64,000 nt of DNA from Myxococcota bacterium (GTDB taxonomy: Bacteria; Myxococcota_A; UBA9042; PHBI01; JAWLBL01). The stretch lies in the NCBI GenBank assembly GCA_041687695.1, contig JAWLBL010000028.1, positions 1 through 64,000 on the forward strand. The letters are read 5' to 3'. Each line of letters starts with the position of its first letter. Position 1 is the stretch's first letter. The position numbers and the translations under genes were made by a program. Positions 62,518 through 64,000 of this stretch are shown piece by piece. The notes beneath the pieces are model-generated. The model did no database searches. It was not told the DNA's origin and saw only the letters and a program-made list of their open reading frames with translations.

Positions 62518-62680
62518 GAGGCTGTCGCAGAGTGTTGTTCCCGCGGGCCGCAGGCCCGCTATGGACCGCGCCGGTCATGCCGGTGCTATGGACCGCGCCA
62601 GCCAAGCCGACCTTGCACCCGAACGCGGCCTGGTCGAGACTGCCTCGCGTCACCCATGGACCGGCCGGACGGAGGCCCAG

Positions 62681-63217
62681 ATGATTCGCGCGTTACAGGC
62701 TCTCTCATTGGCGCTGGCGCTCCTGGCGCCGGCTGCCCTCTCAGCGTCCCCCACCCAGCCCCCCTCGTCCGGCGTCGTCGTCAAGGATCTGAAGGTGGAC
62801 CGCCTGCCCGACGTGCTGGGCACCGCCCGCGGCGAGGTGCAGGTCATCCTGCTGTACCGCACCAACTGCCCGGCGTGCCAGCACGTGCTGCCCTGGTTCG
62901 TGGACTTCGTCTCAAAGGCCCAGAAGGCGGGCTCGAGCGTCCGCTTCTTCGCCTTCGCGACCGACAAGACCGCCCGGGCGGTCGAAGAGTACTTCGGCGT
63001 CTACGCGATGCCCTTCGAGGTCTGGCGCCTCATCCCCTGGGCCCCCGGCGAGCTGGTCGAAGCCTTCCGCCAGGCCGGCGTCACTTTTCCCAGTCAATAT
63101 GGCGTCCCCTACTTCATCGTGCGCCAACCCAGCGGCCGCGTCGTCGACCAATTTGCCGACTCGGACGACAAGCTAAAGCGCCTGCGAGCCGCGCTGGAGC
63201 GGGCGCAGGGCCGCTAG
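62681..63217 (+). CDS. Secreted thioredoxin-fold (TlpA-like) protein
   Basis: GGAGG then ATG 62681; signal peptide; CPAC (CxxC) and YGVPYF cis-Pro motif. Confidence 0.8.
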   Translation: MIRALQALSLALALLAPAALSASPTQPPSSGVVVKDLKVDRLPDVLGTARGEVQVILLYRTNCPACQHVLPWFVDFVSKAQKAGSSVRFFAFATDKTARAVEEYFGVYAMPFEVWRLIPWAPGELVEAFRQAGVTFPSQYGVPYFIVRQPSGRVVDQFADSDDKLKRLRAALERAQGR

Positions 63218-63317
63218 GCAGCCTCCTGTGTCACTTAGGAGGTAGTTTCCCGTCGGCCGCGAGCATGAGCGCGGGAGGGGGCAAGCCCAGACAAACACTG
63301 GAACCCCGCGACCGCGT

Positions 63318-63381
63318 CAGAAATCGTACCAAGGGTCGGGTTTCGGGACACCAGAAATCGCACCAAGGGTCGGGTTTCGGG
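63318..63381. repeat. Tandem direct repeat, 34-bp period, two copies
   Basis: CAGAAATCG(T/C)ACCAAGGGTCGGGTTTCGGG at 63318 and 63352. Confidence 0.8.
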
Positions 63382-63567
63382 GGCAGGTCGGGTTGGGGGG
63401 TGGCAGGGGCGAAATCGGGGGTCGGGGGGCGGTGAACGGGCTGGTTTTGGCGTGGGAAGGCGCCGGCGAAACCTCAGGGGCCGCGTCCGTAAGAGTCAAC
63501 TTGTTCCCTGTACACGCTCACCAAGAAGCGTAGCAGCCTGAACAGGGCGGCTGGTGTGGCGCGTGGC

Positions 63568-64000
63568 TCAGGTGGGTGCTTGGGCGAGGTCGGCGAGGCC
63601 CTGTTCGAGCCTGACCTGGGGGGCGTAGCCGAGCTCGCGGCGGGCCTTGGTGATGTCGAGGGTGACCTCGCGGCTCATCATGCCGGCGGCGAAGCGGGTC
63701 AGGGGTGGGGCGCCGGGTCTGCGGAAGAGGCGCCACCAGGTCTCGGCGAGGGCGGCTGCGGGGCGGGCGAGCCAGCCGGGGACGGCGCGGTCGCCAGGGT
63801 CGACGCCGCGGGTGCGGAGCAGAGCCGTGAGGAAGTCGCGGTAGGTCAGGTCAGCGTCGTCGGTGACGAAGTAGGCCTGGCCAGGGTGTCCGGCGGTCAG
63901 GGCCAGCTCGAGGGCGTGGACGACGTTGTCGACGTGGGCCGTCGAGGTGAGGTGGCGGCCGCCGTCGATCCAGGCGAAGGAGCCGGCTCGGACCATTTGG
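63568..64000 (-). CDS. NAD-dependent epimerase/dehydratase (3-beta-HSD-like), 3' part only
   Basis: STAHVDNVVHA, GQAYFVTD and DITKARRELGYAP; the ORF runs off the window end. Confidence 0.85.
   Translation of the reverse strand, partial: QMVRAGSFAWIDGGRHLTSTAHVDNVVHALELALTAGHPGQAYFVTDDADLTYRDFLTALLRTRGVDPGDRAVPGWLARPAAALAETWWRLFRRPGAPPLTRFAAGMMSREVTLDITKARRELGYAPQVRLEQGLADLAQAPT

Noticed and set aside
63318..63381. 34-bp period repeat as a mini-CRISPR
   Set aside because: Two nearly abutting copies with no unique spacer.

Overview
A very GC-rich bacterial window whose gene content (giant Cys-rich lipoproteins, a Ser/Thr kinase-like protein, a Cu type II monooxygenase-like lipoprotein) suggests a Myxococcota/deltaproteobacterial genome; this is inference. 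About 40 CDSs are supportable, including housekeeping genes htpG, large NAD-GDH, pckA, clpS-clpA, purB, class I fumarase, apaG and RsmC/RluA-type enzymes. No rRNA, tRNA, CRISPR array or transposase was seen. The main candidate for an undescribed system is the minus-strand operon at 266-7932: luciferase-like monooxygenase, asparaginase-II-like hydrolase with an altered metal motif, 2-aminomuconate-semialdehyde dehydrogenase, 2-aminophenol 1,6-dioxygenase beta, an alpha subunit fused to a RidA deaminase, kynurenine formamidase and DUF1338/HglS. It lies downstream of a consensus sigma54 promoter and a 35-aa small ORF. I hypothesise a kynureninase-free tryptophan catabolic route: Baeyer-Villiger oxidation of kynurenine, then release of aspartate and 2-aminophenol. 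Second, three ~170-190 bp non-coding elements share a four-palindrome architecture with compensatory changes. They have terminal inverted repeats and target-site duplications, and two sit at the same position of a REP-like repeat. All family calls come from motif recognition by eye, not database searches.
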